From NCBI GenBank assembly GCA_037968615.1, contig JBBKVX010000060.1:1336-65335 (forward strand): a DNA stretch of 64,000 nucleotides, given 5' to 3'. This document shows, one piece after another, positions 1-8,914 of this stretch (positions are counted from its first letter, which is position 1; each line of letters opens with the position of its first letter). A model generated the notes under the pieces. That model saw nothing but the letters and a program-made list of their open reading frames with translations. It did not search any database and was not told the DNA's origin. Source of the stretch: Rickettsiales bacterium (lineage in GTDB: Bacteria > Pseudomonadota > Alphaproteobacteria > Rickettsiales > UBA3002). The position numbers and the translations under genes were made by a program.

Positions 1-463
1 TCAGAAAATTGGAGATACTTCCGATTTAAGCCAGTTGGTTGAATATGCACTGAGTTGGCAACATTTGACTCTCGCCGGCTTGGTCGAAGGCACCTACACG
101 GGAATAAGTTATAACCTCTTGCGCAACGTCAATGTGCCTGCCGCACGGGTAGGTCAAGGCGTCTATTGGCTAGTGTATACGCGTACCTATGGCCGCTACG
201 GGAATATGATCATTTTGGGCAGCGTGACAGGTCAAGCGTGGGGCCCTGTTATCAAACCCCAGGAAGCTTGGAACATTGACACCAAACTTGACGATGGTAA
301 CCCGTTCCGCGGCCAAGTACGCACATGGAATGGATATAATAGCGGCGCATTCCCGACTACCGGCTGCGTCGCGACCGGAGATGCATTTAGCAGCGCCGCA
401 GTGACCTATACATTGACGGCAACTGACAATAGCTGCGCGATGACATTCTTCATGCCGTTTTAA
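1..463 (+). CDS. Type IV pilin/pseudopilin-like protein, C-terminal part (5' end lies left of the window)
   Basis: The frame is open back to position 2. It shares the WQHLxLAGLVEG and KP[QE]EAWNIDTKLDDGNP blocks and a C-terminal Cys...Cys loop with the full-length paralogs at 7639-8370 and 30270-31073. Confidence 0.75.
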   Translation, partial: QKIGDTSDLSQLVEYALSWQHLTLAGLVEGTYTGISYNLLRNVNVPAARVGQGVYWLVYTRTYGRYGNMIILGSVTGQAWGPVIKPQEAWNIDTKLDDGNPFRGQVRTWNGYNSGAFPTTGCVATGDAFSSAAVTYTLTATDNSCAMTFFMPF

Positions 464-719
464 ATCACTCGGGTAGACAAACCTATAAGTGGGAGCGTGC
501 ATCCATGCGCTTTACCTATCAAAACCGTCTGTAGGAACACCCTCCTGCACCTCATCAGGAATCGTATGTGTCCCATCGACAGCATATTATTGGCAGAAAT
601 CCACCATCAATGAGTGAGAAGTGAAATTCTGCCTTGTTTTTACTATTTTCTGCCTTGTCTTGGAAAGTGGAATCTCGGATGACCCCGGATTCGATTGCCT
701 TGCAATAGGCTGTCACACT

Positions 720-757
720 ATGCTTCCGAGGTTTTTCTCGGATAATCTCGGAAGCAT
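720..757 (-). terminator. 11-bp perfect inverted repeat (ATGCTTCCGAG/CTCGGAAGCAT, 16-nt loop) 15 nt downstream of the tRNA-Ser 3' end; possible terminator or processing hairpin
   Basis: The inverted repeat was read directly. No U-tract follows it, so the function is uncertain. Confidence 0.3.
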
Positions 758-771
758 GTGGATAGTGCGAA

Positions 772-861
772 TGGCGGACAAGGAGGGATTCGAACCCTCG
801 ATGGAGTTGCCCCCATGCCAGTTTTCGAGACTGGTGCCTTCAACCACTCGGCCACCTGTCC
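772..861 (-). tRNA. tRNA-Ser (anticodon CGA), class II with long variable arm, encoded CCA
   Basis: The reverse complement reads GGACAGGTGGCCGAGTGGTTGAAGGCACCAGTCTCGAAAACTGG...GAGGGTTCGAATCCCTCCTTGTCCGCCA. The acceptor, D, anticodon (loop CTCGAAA) and T arms all fold. Confidence 0.93.
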
Positions 862-991
862 GCATTCGAGCGGCGCGTATAGCAAACAAAGTTTGCGGGG
901 TCGAACATTTTCTTAAGCGCGGCACGCTTTGGTTGGGCGGGGGCCATAGAGTGCGGGGGCATGCCCCCTTCCCGCCCCGCTCAGGCGCGGG

Positions 992-1666
992 CTAGGCCTC
1001 GATTTTGTGTTTTTCGTATTTGGTGCCGAAATTCACATAATGCGCGATCTTCATGATCTCGATGGCCATGTCGGCCGATTGTTCGAGGTTCTTCGACACC
1101 AACAGGATATGCGTGCCGTCGCTGGCCGCCGCCACGCCTTGCGTATGCAGCTGAATGAGCACGCGTTTGTAGCTCTCCTGCACGTCCGCGCCGTGCTTCA
1201 GCACCTGCTGGGCGATGTCGTCCTGATAGTCGACCATTTGGTTCAAGGCTTTGGGCAGCATGGCGCGCACCGCCGTGATGGCCCGCGACAGCTCGGTATG
1301 CACCGCCCCATCCAGCGGATGGTTCACCTTAGCGAGGCGCTTGATGCAGTTTTTGATTTTGTCGGCGGCGCGTTCCAGCGTACCGGCGGCCTTCACCGAG
1401 GCCAGCACGAACCGCAACTCCTCGCCCATCGGGGTGAATTTGTTGATGATGTCGGCCACCAGTTTGTCGGTGGCCATTTCCGCTTCGTTGATTTTTTTAT
1501 CGATCGACTTGGCGTTGAGGAAATTTTCGGGATCGGCCACGTCGAGGCCGCGCGGCAGCAGGCGGGCCAGTTGGTCGATTTCTGTGCTCATCGAGATCTG
1601 CAGGGCAAAAAGCCGCTTCAACGATTCGTCCAGCCCTCGGAAAGCATGGTTCTCAAAAGTGATCAT
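992..1666 (-). CDS. PhoU-family phosphate signalling/regulatory protein
   Basis: Two-repeat helical protein with a PhoU-like motif (KNLEQSADMAIEI resembles RxLERIgDhAxNIaE). The start is taken at MITFENH; the ORF as tracked extends to 1747. Confidence 0.7.
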   Translation of the reverse strand: MITFENHAFRGLDESLKRLFALQISMSTEIDQLARLLPRGLDVADPENFLNAKSIDKKINEAEMATDKLVADIINKFTPMGEELRFVLASVKAAGTLERAADKIKNCIKRLAKVNHPLDGAVHTELSRAITAVRAMLPKALNQMVDYQDDIAQQVLKHGADVQESYKRVLIQLHTQGVAAASDGTHILLVSKNLEQSADMAIEIMKIAHYVNFGTKYEKHKIEA

Positions 1667-1869
1667 AACGTCGCGCCTGCGTTGCATGTTTATGCGGCAA
1701 TCATAAGGAATCAGGGGTGGCATGTAAAGCTTACGCACAATATGCAACGCCGAGCGCGCGTTTTATATGCTACCACTTGCTTATGCGCCATCGCCCCGTA
1801 TAGTGAATGACGATAAAAAGACTAAAAACAAAATGCTGCCATCCTCATCGCCACAGGAGATCTTGGAAT

Positions 1870-2898
1870 ATGCGTTCCAATGAGATTGAGCTGATCGTCA
1901 ACACGATCCAGTCGGAAGTCCAGAAATTTGCCAAAACCAACGAATCCATCGCCAGCAAAACCAACCTGCTGGCGCTTAACGCCACCATCGAGGCCGCCCG
2001 CGCGGGCGATGCCGGGCGCGGATTTGCCGTGGTCGCCAGCGAGGTGAAGAACCTTGCGCAGCAGGCCGCCAACAATTCCAAGGAACTGCGCACCGTGTTC
2101 CTGACGCAAATCCAGAAACAGACTTCGGAACTCTCCGACGAGTTCAAGAAAGCCGAGCATAATCGCTACAGCGACATGGCGCAGACACTGGTGCAGCTTA
2201 TCGTGCGCAACCTTTATGAACGCACCGCGGATTGCCGCTGGTGGGCCACCGACCAGGCATTCTACGATAGCCTCGAGAATTTCAGCGAAAGCACCGGCAA
2301 ACACGCCATCGATCGCCTTGCCATCATCAACCGCTTCTACTCGGTCTATGCCGACCTGTTGCTGGTGAACAAACAAGGCATCGTGATCGCCGCCTCGCAG
2401 GCCGCCAGCTTCCCCAACATCATCGGCAGCAACGTGGGCGACCAGGGTTGGTTCCGCAACGCCATGCAGCACGCCAGCGGCGACGAATACGCCGTCGATC
2501 CCATTTACAACTGCCCCCTACATAACGAGCGGCCAATGGCCGTGTACTCGGCCTCTGTGCGCCGGGGCGGGGATTTGCGGGGCGAAACGCTGGGCGTGCT
2601 CGGCGTGTATTTCGATTGGGAGAATCAGGCCCGCGCCATCGTGAAGGACGAGCCGAACCTCAGCGCCGACGAGTGGGAAACCTCGCGCGTGATGCTGCTC
2701 GACAGCAATTTCCGCATCATCGCTTCGTCCGATGGCCAAGGCCTGCTGAAGCCCTTCCCGCTGCAGCTCGACGGCCAAGCCAAAGGCACCTACACCACCG
2801 AGGACGGCACCCTCGTCGCCTTCGCTAAAACCATTGGTTATCAGGAGTACGACGGCCTCGGCTGGTATGGCGTGATTACACGCAAGGAAGCAGAGTAG
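1870..2898 (+). CDS. Soluble MCP-like protein: short N-terminal MCP signalling hairpin tip plus a C-terminal Cache/PAS-like sensor domain
   Basis: It contains [36 protein letters not shown], the conserved MCP hairpin tip, at residues ~40-75. No TM segments are visible. About 260 aa of alpha/beta sensor-like sequence follows. Start taken at MRSNEIE. Confidence 0.75.
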   Translation: MRSNEIELIVNTIQSEVQKFAKTNESIASKTNLLALNATIEAARAGDAGRGFAVVASEVKNLAQQAANNSKELRTVFLTQIQKQTSELSDEFKKAEHNRYSDMAQTLVQLIVRNLYERTADCRWWATDQAFYDSLENFSESTGKHAIDRLAIINRFYSVYADLLLVNKQGIVIAASQAASFPNIIGSNVGDQGWFRNAMQHASGDEYAVDPIYNCPLHNERPMAVYSASVRRGGDLRGETLGVLGVYFDWENQARAIVKDEPNLSADEWETSRVMLLDSNFRIIASSDGQGLLKPFPLQLDGQAKGTYTTEDGTLVAFAKTIGYQEYDGLGWYGVITRKEAE

Positions 2899-2947
2899 AT
2901 TTAGCGGCCGCCCCGCGTTGAATCAGGGATGTCATGCGATAAAAAAA

Positions 2948-2974
2948 GCCCGCCGATCGCTCGGCGGGCTTTTC
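2948..2974. terminator. Bidirectional rho-independent terminator between the convergent MCP-like gene and amtB
   Basis: AAAAAAA-GCCCGCCGA-TCGC-TCGGCGGGC-TTTTC: a GC-rich 9-bp stem flanked by an A-run and a T-run. Confidence 0.85.
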
Positions 2975-2992
2975 TATTAAGCGAGCGAGAAG

Positions 2993-4306
2993 TTATTTCT
3001 TCTCGTTCGTGCGGGCGAATTCGCCGTGGAAGTGGCTGTCGAGGCCGACTCCTTCCACATCCGCACCTACGCGGATCGGGATGAAGATGTTCACCACTTT
3101 CACGATCACCACCGTCGCGATGAACGAGAAGGCAGCGACCGAAACCACCGCAACCAGGTTGGCCGTGAACAATGTGCTGTCGCCCGAGATAGCAATGCCC
3201 TCGATGGCAATGCCCGGGTTCACCACTTTGGTCGCGTACACACCGGTAAGGATGGCGCCAACAACGCCGCCGATACCATGGCAGGCGAACACGTCGAGCG
3301 CGTCATCCATACGGGTGACTTTCTTCACGGTTTTCGATGCGAAATACGCAACGATCGCGGCAGCAACGCCGATGATCATGGCGGATTTCAGGTCAACGAA
3401 ACCGGCAGCCGGGGTAATGGCCACAAGGCCCACCACGATACCGATCGAAGCACCGATCGCTGTCGGACGACCGTCCACGATCCATTCAAGCACCATCCAT
3501 GCGATGAAGGCCGCAGCCGCACCGAGGAAAGTGTTGAGGAACGCGTAGGCCGCAAGTTCGCCCGAGGTAATGGCCGAACCGGCGTTAAAGCCGAACCAAC
3601 CGAACCACAGCAGGGCAGCGCCCAGCATCACCATCGGCACATCGTTCGGGCGCGAACCAATTTTGTTCACGCGCTTGCCGAACAGCAATGCACAGGCAAG
3701 ACCAGAGAAACCAGCCGTGATATGTACCACGAGACCGCCCGCGAAATCGAGGCCGCCTTTAACCGCGATCCAGCCGCCGGGGCCCCATACCCAGTGTGCT
3801 ACCGGTACATAGACCAGCAGGCTCCACAGCAGCATGATGAACATCCATGCCTTGAAGTTGACGCGCTCAGCGAACGCGCCCGTGATCAATGCAGGGGTGA
3901 TGATGGCGAACATCATTTGGAACACCACGAAGGCGATGCTCGGGATGCCGGTATCGCCGTAGAAGGTGCCAGCGACGCCATCAAGGAACATCAGCGAGGT
4001 GCCGCCAATAAAAGCTGACCCGTCGGTGAAGACGAGGCTGTAACCAACGACGACCCAGGCAATGCCCACCACTGCCAGCGCAACATAGTTCTGCAGGAGC
4101 GTCGAAACGACGTTCTTACGGTTCACCATGCCAGCGTAGAAGAAGGCCAGACCGGGGGTCATGAGTAGGACGAGTGCGGAAGATAGAAGTAGCCATGCCG
4201 TGTTGCCGGTATCGACAACCTGCGCGGCGTCCGCCGTTTGTGCGAGGGCGGGAAGCGCAAAAAGCGCCGCCAGCATCGCGGGTAAAATACGTGTGAGGGA
4301 TTTCAT
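2993..4306 (-). CDS. amtB: Ammonium transporter (Amt family)
   Basis: Signal peptide plus 11 TM segments; motifs DFAGGLVVHITAGFSGL and FGWFGFNAGS. The start is preferred at MKSLTRILP, which has GGAG 6 nt upstream; the ORF opens at 4318. Confidence 0.95.
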   Translation of the reverse strand: MKSLTRILPAMLAALFALPALAQTADAAQVVDTGNTAWLLLSSALVLLMTPGLAFFYAGMVNRKNVVSTLLQNYVALAVVGIAWVVVGYSLVFTDGSAFIGGTSLMFLDGVAGTFYGDTGIPSIAFVVFQMMFAIITPALITGAFAERVNFKAWMFIMLLWSLLVYVPVAHWVWGPGGWIAVKGGLDFAGGLVVHITAGFSGLACALLFGKRVNKIGSRPNDVPMVMLGAALLWFGWFGFNAGSAITSGELAAYAFLNTFLGAAAAFIAWMVLEWIVDGRPTAIGASIGIVVGLVAITPAAGFVDLKSAMIIGVAAAIVAYFASKTVKKVTRMDDALDVFACHGIGGVVGAILTGVYATKVVNPGIAIEGIAISGDSTLFTANLVAVVSVAAFSFIATVVIVKVVNIFIPIRVGADVEGVGLDSHFHGEFARTNEKK

Positions 4307-4499
4307 CAAGGACTCCATGTTTGCAACGGTTGATCTGCATGGGTGCCAACGCGCATTCGCGTGAAGGCACTCATTACACTTTATTGATCCTGCAACATGG
4401 TTTTGTTTTTATTTTTGCTAAAGCATGGCATTTCATCTCGCAACTGCAAAAAAATATTTCTGGTATGTACTTCATGCGGGAGTGGATTATGGTGCAGAA

Positions 4500-5915
4500 A
4501 TGACGCCAAAATATTTCATCTCGATCATCGAAGGCTGGAAAGACCATTTCAGCCAGCTTGTTACGTCCACGTCGCCGGCCGAGATCGTCGTCGCCGTCGC
4601 GCTGCCTCTTCTGGCGCTGCTGATCGGCATTCGCATCAACCGCTACATCGACAGCAAGCCCAACCACACCCTGCCCGCCAAAGCCATCGACATCATGGCC
4701 CCGCTCATTAGCCCGGTGCTGGCCTTCCTGTTCGTCAGCTTCGCGGGATTGCTGCTGGTAAGCCTCGACATCAAACCGCTGGTACTGCCGTTCGTGGCAA
4801 AACTAAGCGTGGCCTGGTTCGCGGTGCAATTGGTGATGACCATCAGCTCCGGCCGTTCGGCCAGCTTATTCATCATGCTGGTCATCCTGCCCATCACGCT
4901 GCTGCATCTGTTCGGTATCTGGGACGCCAGCGTGGCGTTCATGAACGAGCTGAGCTTCACTTTCGGCGCCTTTAAGTTCAACCTCTACGCCGTGCTTAAG
5001 GCCATCATCATCATCATCATCATGATGTGGGTGGTGAACCTGATGCTGAACACCACCGAATCGCGGCTGCGCAAGGTGCGCACCATGCGCGCTTCCAACC
5101 GCACGCTCATTCTCAAATTCATGCAGATCGGCCTGTATGTGGCGGTGTTCCTGTTCGCGCTGAACCTGCTTGGCGTCAGCCTTACCGCCCTTTCGGTGCT
5201 GGGCGGTGCCATCGGTGTGGGTATCGGGTTCGGCCTGCAGAAAATCGCCTCCAACTTCATCAGCGGCATCATCCTGCTGTTCGAGAAATCCATCGAGGTG
5301 GGCGACATCGTGGAGCTGGAGCAAGGCATCACCGGCACCGTCATGCATACCAGCGCCCGCTACACCCTCATCGGCACCTTCGATGGCAAGGACGTGCTGA
5401 TCCCCAACGAGGAATTCATCACCCAGCGCGTTACCAGCCTCACCCACAGCAACCGCCAGGGCCGCATCGAGGTCGATGTCGGCATCTCATACGGCGACAA
5501 CGTGGAACTGGCGTTGAAGCTGTTGCTTGAAGCCGCCTCGGCGCACGAGCGCTGCCTATCGGAACCTGCCCCCGCCAGCTACGTCACCGGGCTGGGCGAA
5601 AGCAGTGTCGACCTCAAGCTCATGTTCTGGGTCGAAGACGTGATGGCCGGTCGTCTCGAGCCGAAATCCTACGTCATCATCCGCATGCTGGCATTGTTCA
5701 AAGCAAACGGCATCAGCATTCCGTTCCCGCATCAGGTGCAGATCGCCGACCCCGCCTTCGAGGAGCGCTTCGCCATCATCGAAGCCAAACTGAATGGTCT
5801 GGCAAAAAAAGGCAGCGAGCCCGCCGCTAAAGATAAAGCCGTAGCGGCAGCCCCCACCGAGAAGACGGACACGGCCAAGCCCGCGACTAAAAAGCCCAAA
5901 GGCGCCGTAGAATGA
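4500..5915 (+). CDS. Mechanosensitive ion channel family protein (MscS-like)
   Basis: Multiple N-terminal TM helices, then GGAIGVGIGFGLQKIASNFISGIILLFEKSIEVGDIV, the MscS pore helix and beta-domain signature. An alternative start exists at 4425. Confidence 0.88.
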   Translation: MTPKYFISIIEGWKDHFSQLVTSTSPAEIVVAVALPLLALLIGIRINRYIDSKPNHTLPAKAIDIMAPLISPVLAFLFVSFAGLLLVSLDIKPLVLPFVAKLSVAWFAVQLVMTISSGRSASLFIMLVILPITLLHLFGIWDASVAFMNELSFTFGAFKFNLYAVLKAIIIIIIMMWVVNLMLNTTESRLRKVRTMRASNRTLILKFMQIGLYVAVFLFALNLLGVSLTALSVLGGAIGVGIGFGLQKIASNFISGIILLFEKSIEVGDIVELEQGITGTVMHTSARYTLIGTFDGKDVLIPNEEFITQRVTSLTHSNRQGRIEVDVGISYGDNVELALKLLLEAASAHERCLSEPAPASYVTGLGESSVDLKLMFWVEDVMAGRLEPKSYVIIRMLALFKANGISIPFPHQVQIADPAFEERFAIIEAKLNGLAKKGSEPAAKDKAVAAAPTEKTDTAKPATKKPKGAVE

Positions 5916-6922
5916 GCGACATCATGGTCATCGCGGGCGAGAAGATCCTGCGCGGCGAACGCCGCCAGTTAGCCGTTACCGTCGCTAAGCTTTATGATTT
6001 CACCGACATGAAAATGCCCGTCGTCGTGCAGCGTGGCGAAGAAGACGGCCCCGTGCTGTTCGTCAGCGCCGCCATCCATGGCGACGAGATCAACGGCGTC
6101 GACATCGTGCGCCGCCTGCTGAAGGACCGCCGCCTGGCCAAAATTCGCGGCACGCTCATTGCCATCCCCATCGTGAACGTGTTCGGCTTCAACGACAAAT
6201 CCCGCTACCTGCCCGACCGCCGCGACTTGAACCGCGCATTCCCCGGCGAGGAGCACGGCTCCCTCGCCTCGCAGATCGCCTACATCTTCCGCACCGAGAT
6301 CGTGGCGCAGGCCACCCACGGCGTCGACCTGCATACCGGTGCCATTCATCGCACCAACCTGCCGCAGATCCGCGTTGATTTCTCCATCCCGCAGAACATC
6401 GAACTGGCCAAGGCGTTCGGCGCCCCGGTCATCCTTAACGCCGCCACGCGCGACGGTTCGCTACGCGAATTGCAGGGCGAGAAAAATATTCCGATGCTGC
6501 TCTACGAAGCAGGCACCGCGCTGCGCTTCAACACCCGCGCCAGCAAAATGGGCGTGGCCGGCATTCTCCGCGTCATGAAATCCATCGGCATGCTCGATAC
6601 GCTGGCGGAAGAAAGCAACGTCGCCGATCCGTTCATTGCCAAATCCAGCCATTGGGTGCGCGCCCCGATCAGCGGCATCTTCATCACCACCAAAGCGTTG
6701 GGCAATGTGGTGGATCGCGGCGACAAACTGGGCATCATCACCAATCCGTTCGGTGACCACGAATACGCCATTTACGCGCCGCATTCCGGCATCATCATCG
6801 GCCACACCATCCTGCCCCTCGCCAACGAAGGCGACGCCCTCTACCACATCGCCACCTTCGAGCCGAACAACCTCCCGGCCGAGGACGAGATCTACCCCTA
6901 CATCGATCCGCACCTGCAATAA
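5912..6922 (+). CDS. Succinylglutamate desuccinylase/aspartoacylase (AstE/AspA) family zinc deacylase
   Basis: Motifs AAIHGDEINGV, NRAFPG and DLHTG; ATGA start/stop overlap with the upstream MscS gene. Confidence 0.8.
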   Translation: MSDIMVIAGEKILRGERRQLAVTVAKLYDFTDMKMPVVVQRGEEDGPVLFVSAAIHGDEINGVDIVRRLLKDRRLAKIRGTLIAIPIVNVFGFNDKSRYLPDRRDLNRAFPGEEHGSLASQIAYIFRTEIVAQATHGVDLHTGAIHRTNLPQIRVDFSIPQNIELAKAFGAPVILNAATRDGSLRELQGEKNIPMLLYEAGTALRFNTRASKMGVAGILRVMKSIGMLDTLAEESNVADPFIAKSSHWVRAPISGIFITTKALGNVVDRGDKLGIITNPFGDHEYAIYAPHSGIIIGHTILPLANEGDALYHIATFEPNNLPAEDEIYPYIDPHLQ

Positions 6923-7266
6923 CTGCCGGGGTGAAGCGTTGGTTCGGGTATCGGGGCCCTCAAGTCGTTGAGGTGACCTGCAACGACGCCCCACGCAACA
7001 TATTCCATCAACACACTGAAATTTAAGAATACACGCCAAAAGGTATGCGGCAATTTTTGCCTAGCATGTGGCTTTATTTTCCTATCTAGGTAATTTTTGC
7101 CTAGATTAGTTGGAACCGATGGATTATACTGCATTTTAGGTAATTCATAGGAAACGGCTGATATTCGCCCTTTTGCGGCTACAGCCAGTCTCCAACGATT
7201 ACTTGGCACGCTCGTTGCATTGCTTATGGCAAGCGCATCGAAGCGCGTTACAACAGGAGATGGTAA

Positions 7267-7482
7267 ATGACCCAACAACAGATCGAAGTGCAGGCAACGA
7301 TTCAATCCATGGCGGAGGAGCAAGTACTGTTCCTGAAGAACCGCTACAAAATGAACCCGGATGAAATCATCAGCCTCTACACCGGCGAACGCAAAAGCAA
7401 TGCCACCATTGACGATGCGATCCGTTCGATCTCGGCTTTCAACGCGCTGAACGCGAAGAAACATGGGTTTGTGGCTGGCTAA
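7267..7482 (+). CDS. Small hypothetical protein (71 aa) in an AT-rich island
   Basis: AGGAG lies 7 nt upstream of the ATG, and a terminator lies ~90 nt downstream. No recognisable motif. Confidence 0.5.
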   Translation: MTQQQIEVQATIQSMAEEQVLFLKNRYKMNPDEIISLYTGERKSNATIDDAIRSISAFNALNAKKHGFVAG

Positions 7483-7572
7483 GGATTTTTAAAAAACAAA
7501 TGCGACTACAACGAAATACGGCGCACAAGCGCTCGGCAAGTATCAAATTCTAGCACACACCATCCTTACTAA

Positions 7573-7603
7573 GGGCTGCCCGTCAAACGGCAGCCCTTTT
7601 TTT
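7573..7603 (+). terminator. Rho-independent terminator
   Basis: GGGCTGCC-CGTCAAAC-GGCAGCCC followed by TTTTTTT. Confidence 0.85.
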
Positions 7604-7638
7604 CTTGTTATCAGGTCCTGCCCTTATATAAATTCAGG

Positions 7639-8370
7639 ATGTCACAACGCAGAGTTGCTTTTAGTCTGGTCGAACTGAGCATAGTGCTGGTCATACTAGG
7701 GCTGCTTGTCGGTGGGGTGTTGGCTGGAAAAAGCCTCATCCGCGCCGCGGAGCTCCGCGATGTCAGCACCTCAATCGCACGTTACAACACCAGCCTTTAT
7801 GCCTTTCGCGACCGTTACTTCGCGCTGCCCGGTGACATGACCAACGCCGCAAGCTTCTGGCCAAGCTGTACGGACAGCGCCAACAACCCCTGTAATGGCG
7901 ATGGCGACCGCATAATTCCCGCTTCTGCAGGCTGCAGCAGCGCCAATCCACGCGAAACATTTCGCGCATGGCAGCATTTGCAACTGGCTGGCCTAGTAGA
8001 GGGCGACTATTCCGGTGCCAATGCTGCATGTTCTTCCGGGTCGCGCCCTGCGGAACCAGGCGTCAATGTGCCAAGACTTAAAATTCCCAATGCCGGAGCC
8101 CATTTTCATTACAACGGCACGGCGGAGGCCAATACATTGCGTATTGCCACTGCCTACTCCAACTCGCTGGAAGGCCCTCTTTTAAAGCCAGAGGAAGCCT
8201 GGAACATCGATCAAAAAATGGATGATGGGGTTCCCACCGCCGGCAAGGTCTGGGGTACGGAAGATGGAACGCCAGCCACCACGGCAACCTGTCGAACGGG
8301 TGCGGGCGCAGCTTTATACGACCTAAGCAGCAACGAAGTGCTGTGCATCATCGTCTATCTTTATAAGTAG
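7639..8370 (+). CDS. Prepilin-type N-terminal cleavage/methylation domain protein (type IV pilin / T2SS pseudopilin-like)
   Basis: The N-terminus is MSQRRVA|FSLVELSIVLVILGLLVGG, with Glu at +5 and a hydrophobic helix. It has the shared core blocks and a C-terminal Cys pair. Confidence 0.85.
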   Translation: MSQRRVAFSLVELSIVLVILGLLVGGVLAGKSLIRAAELRDVSTSIARYNTSLYAFRDRYFALPGDMTNAASFWPSCTDSANNPCNGDGDRIIPASAGCSSANPRETFRAWQHLQLAGLVEGDYSGANAACSSGSRPAEPGVNVPRLKIPNAGAHFHYNGTAEANTLRIATAYSNSLEGPLLKPEEAWNIDQKMDDGVPTAGKVWGTEDGTPATTATCRTGAGAALYDLSSNEVLCIIVYLYK

Positions 8371-8403
8371 CCGCTACTAATCGGCATTTGCGGACGAGTT
8401 CGA

Positions 8404-8868
8404 TTATAAAATCGTCGGGTTCGGGGCGTCGCCGTAGACGTCTTTGGGGTCGAACATTTTTTTGTCTTCGCGGAACTCGAGGGGTGCTTCCGTTTTAAGC
8501 GGCACGGCGCGGTAGAAGCAGCTGCGGTAGCCCACGTGGCAGCTGGCGTCGCCGGGGATATCGACGGCAATCCACACCGCGTCCTGGTCGTCATCGATGC
8601 GCATTTCAGTGACTTTCTGTACCAGGCCGGAGGTGGCGCCTTTGTGCCAGAGCACTTGGCGGCTGCGGCTGAAGTAGTGTGCCTCACCGGTCTCGATGGT
8701 TTTGCGGAGGGCTTCCTCGTTCATGTAGCCCAGCATCAGCACTTCGCCGGTTTTGGCGCTGGTGGTGACGCAGGCGATCAGGCCTTGCTCGTCGAATTTC
8801 GGGGCAAGCTCGTTGCCTTCTTCGACCTGTTCGATGGTGACGCGATCATTAAACATAGGATTCTCCAT
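8404..8868 (-). CDS. hisI: Phosphoribosyl-AMP cyclohydrolase
   Basis: [37 protein letters not shown]...[10 protein letters not shown] matches the HisI core, including the Cys metal ligands. Confidence 0.92.
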   Translation of the reverse strand: MENPMFNDRVTIEQVEEGNELAPKFDEQGLIACVTTSAKTGEVLMLGYMNEEALRKTIETGEAHYFSRSRQVLWHKGATSGLVQKVTEMRIDDDQDAVWIAVDIPGDASCHVGYRSCFYRAVPLKTEAPLEFREDKKMFDPKDVYGDAPNPTIL

Positions 8869-8914
8869 GGGCTTCGCGGCATCATGTAATGGCGAATGCG
8901 GAAAGCGTCAACCG

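Noticed and set aside
636-720. Direct repeat TTCTGCCTTGT (two copies) and a GGATTCGA 8-mer resembling the tRNA-Ser T-arm, as possible att-site remnants of an island integrated at tRNA-Ser.
   Set aside because: The matches are too short. No integrase or other mobile-element gene is in the window, and the left flank is cut off by the window edge.
1007-1810. Long ORFs antisense to real genes. Examples are 1007-1810, 3026-4018, 11822-12811, 13174-14202, 24820-25548, 26676-27701, 28502-29827, 31400-32554, 37144-38517, 39791-41569, 48768-49667, 51156-52262 and 60451-62274.
   Set aside because: They lie opposite genes with unmistakable homology (PhoU, amtB, recA, icd, mrcA and others). Their Arg/Ala/Gly/His-rich, low-complexity composition is typical of shadow frames in GC-rich DNA, and they lack any recognisable motif.
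4322-4348. TGGCAC and TTGCA on the minus strand upstream of amtB, a possible NtrC/sigma54 promoter.
   Set aside because: The two elements are 16 nt apart instead of 5, and they lie almost on top of the start codon.
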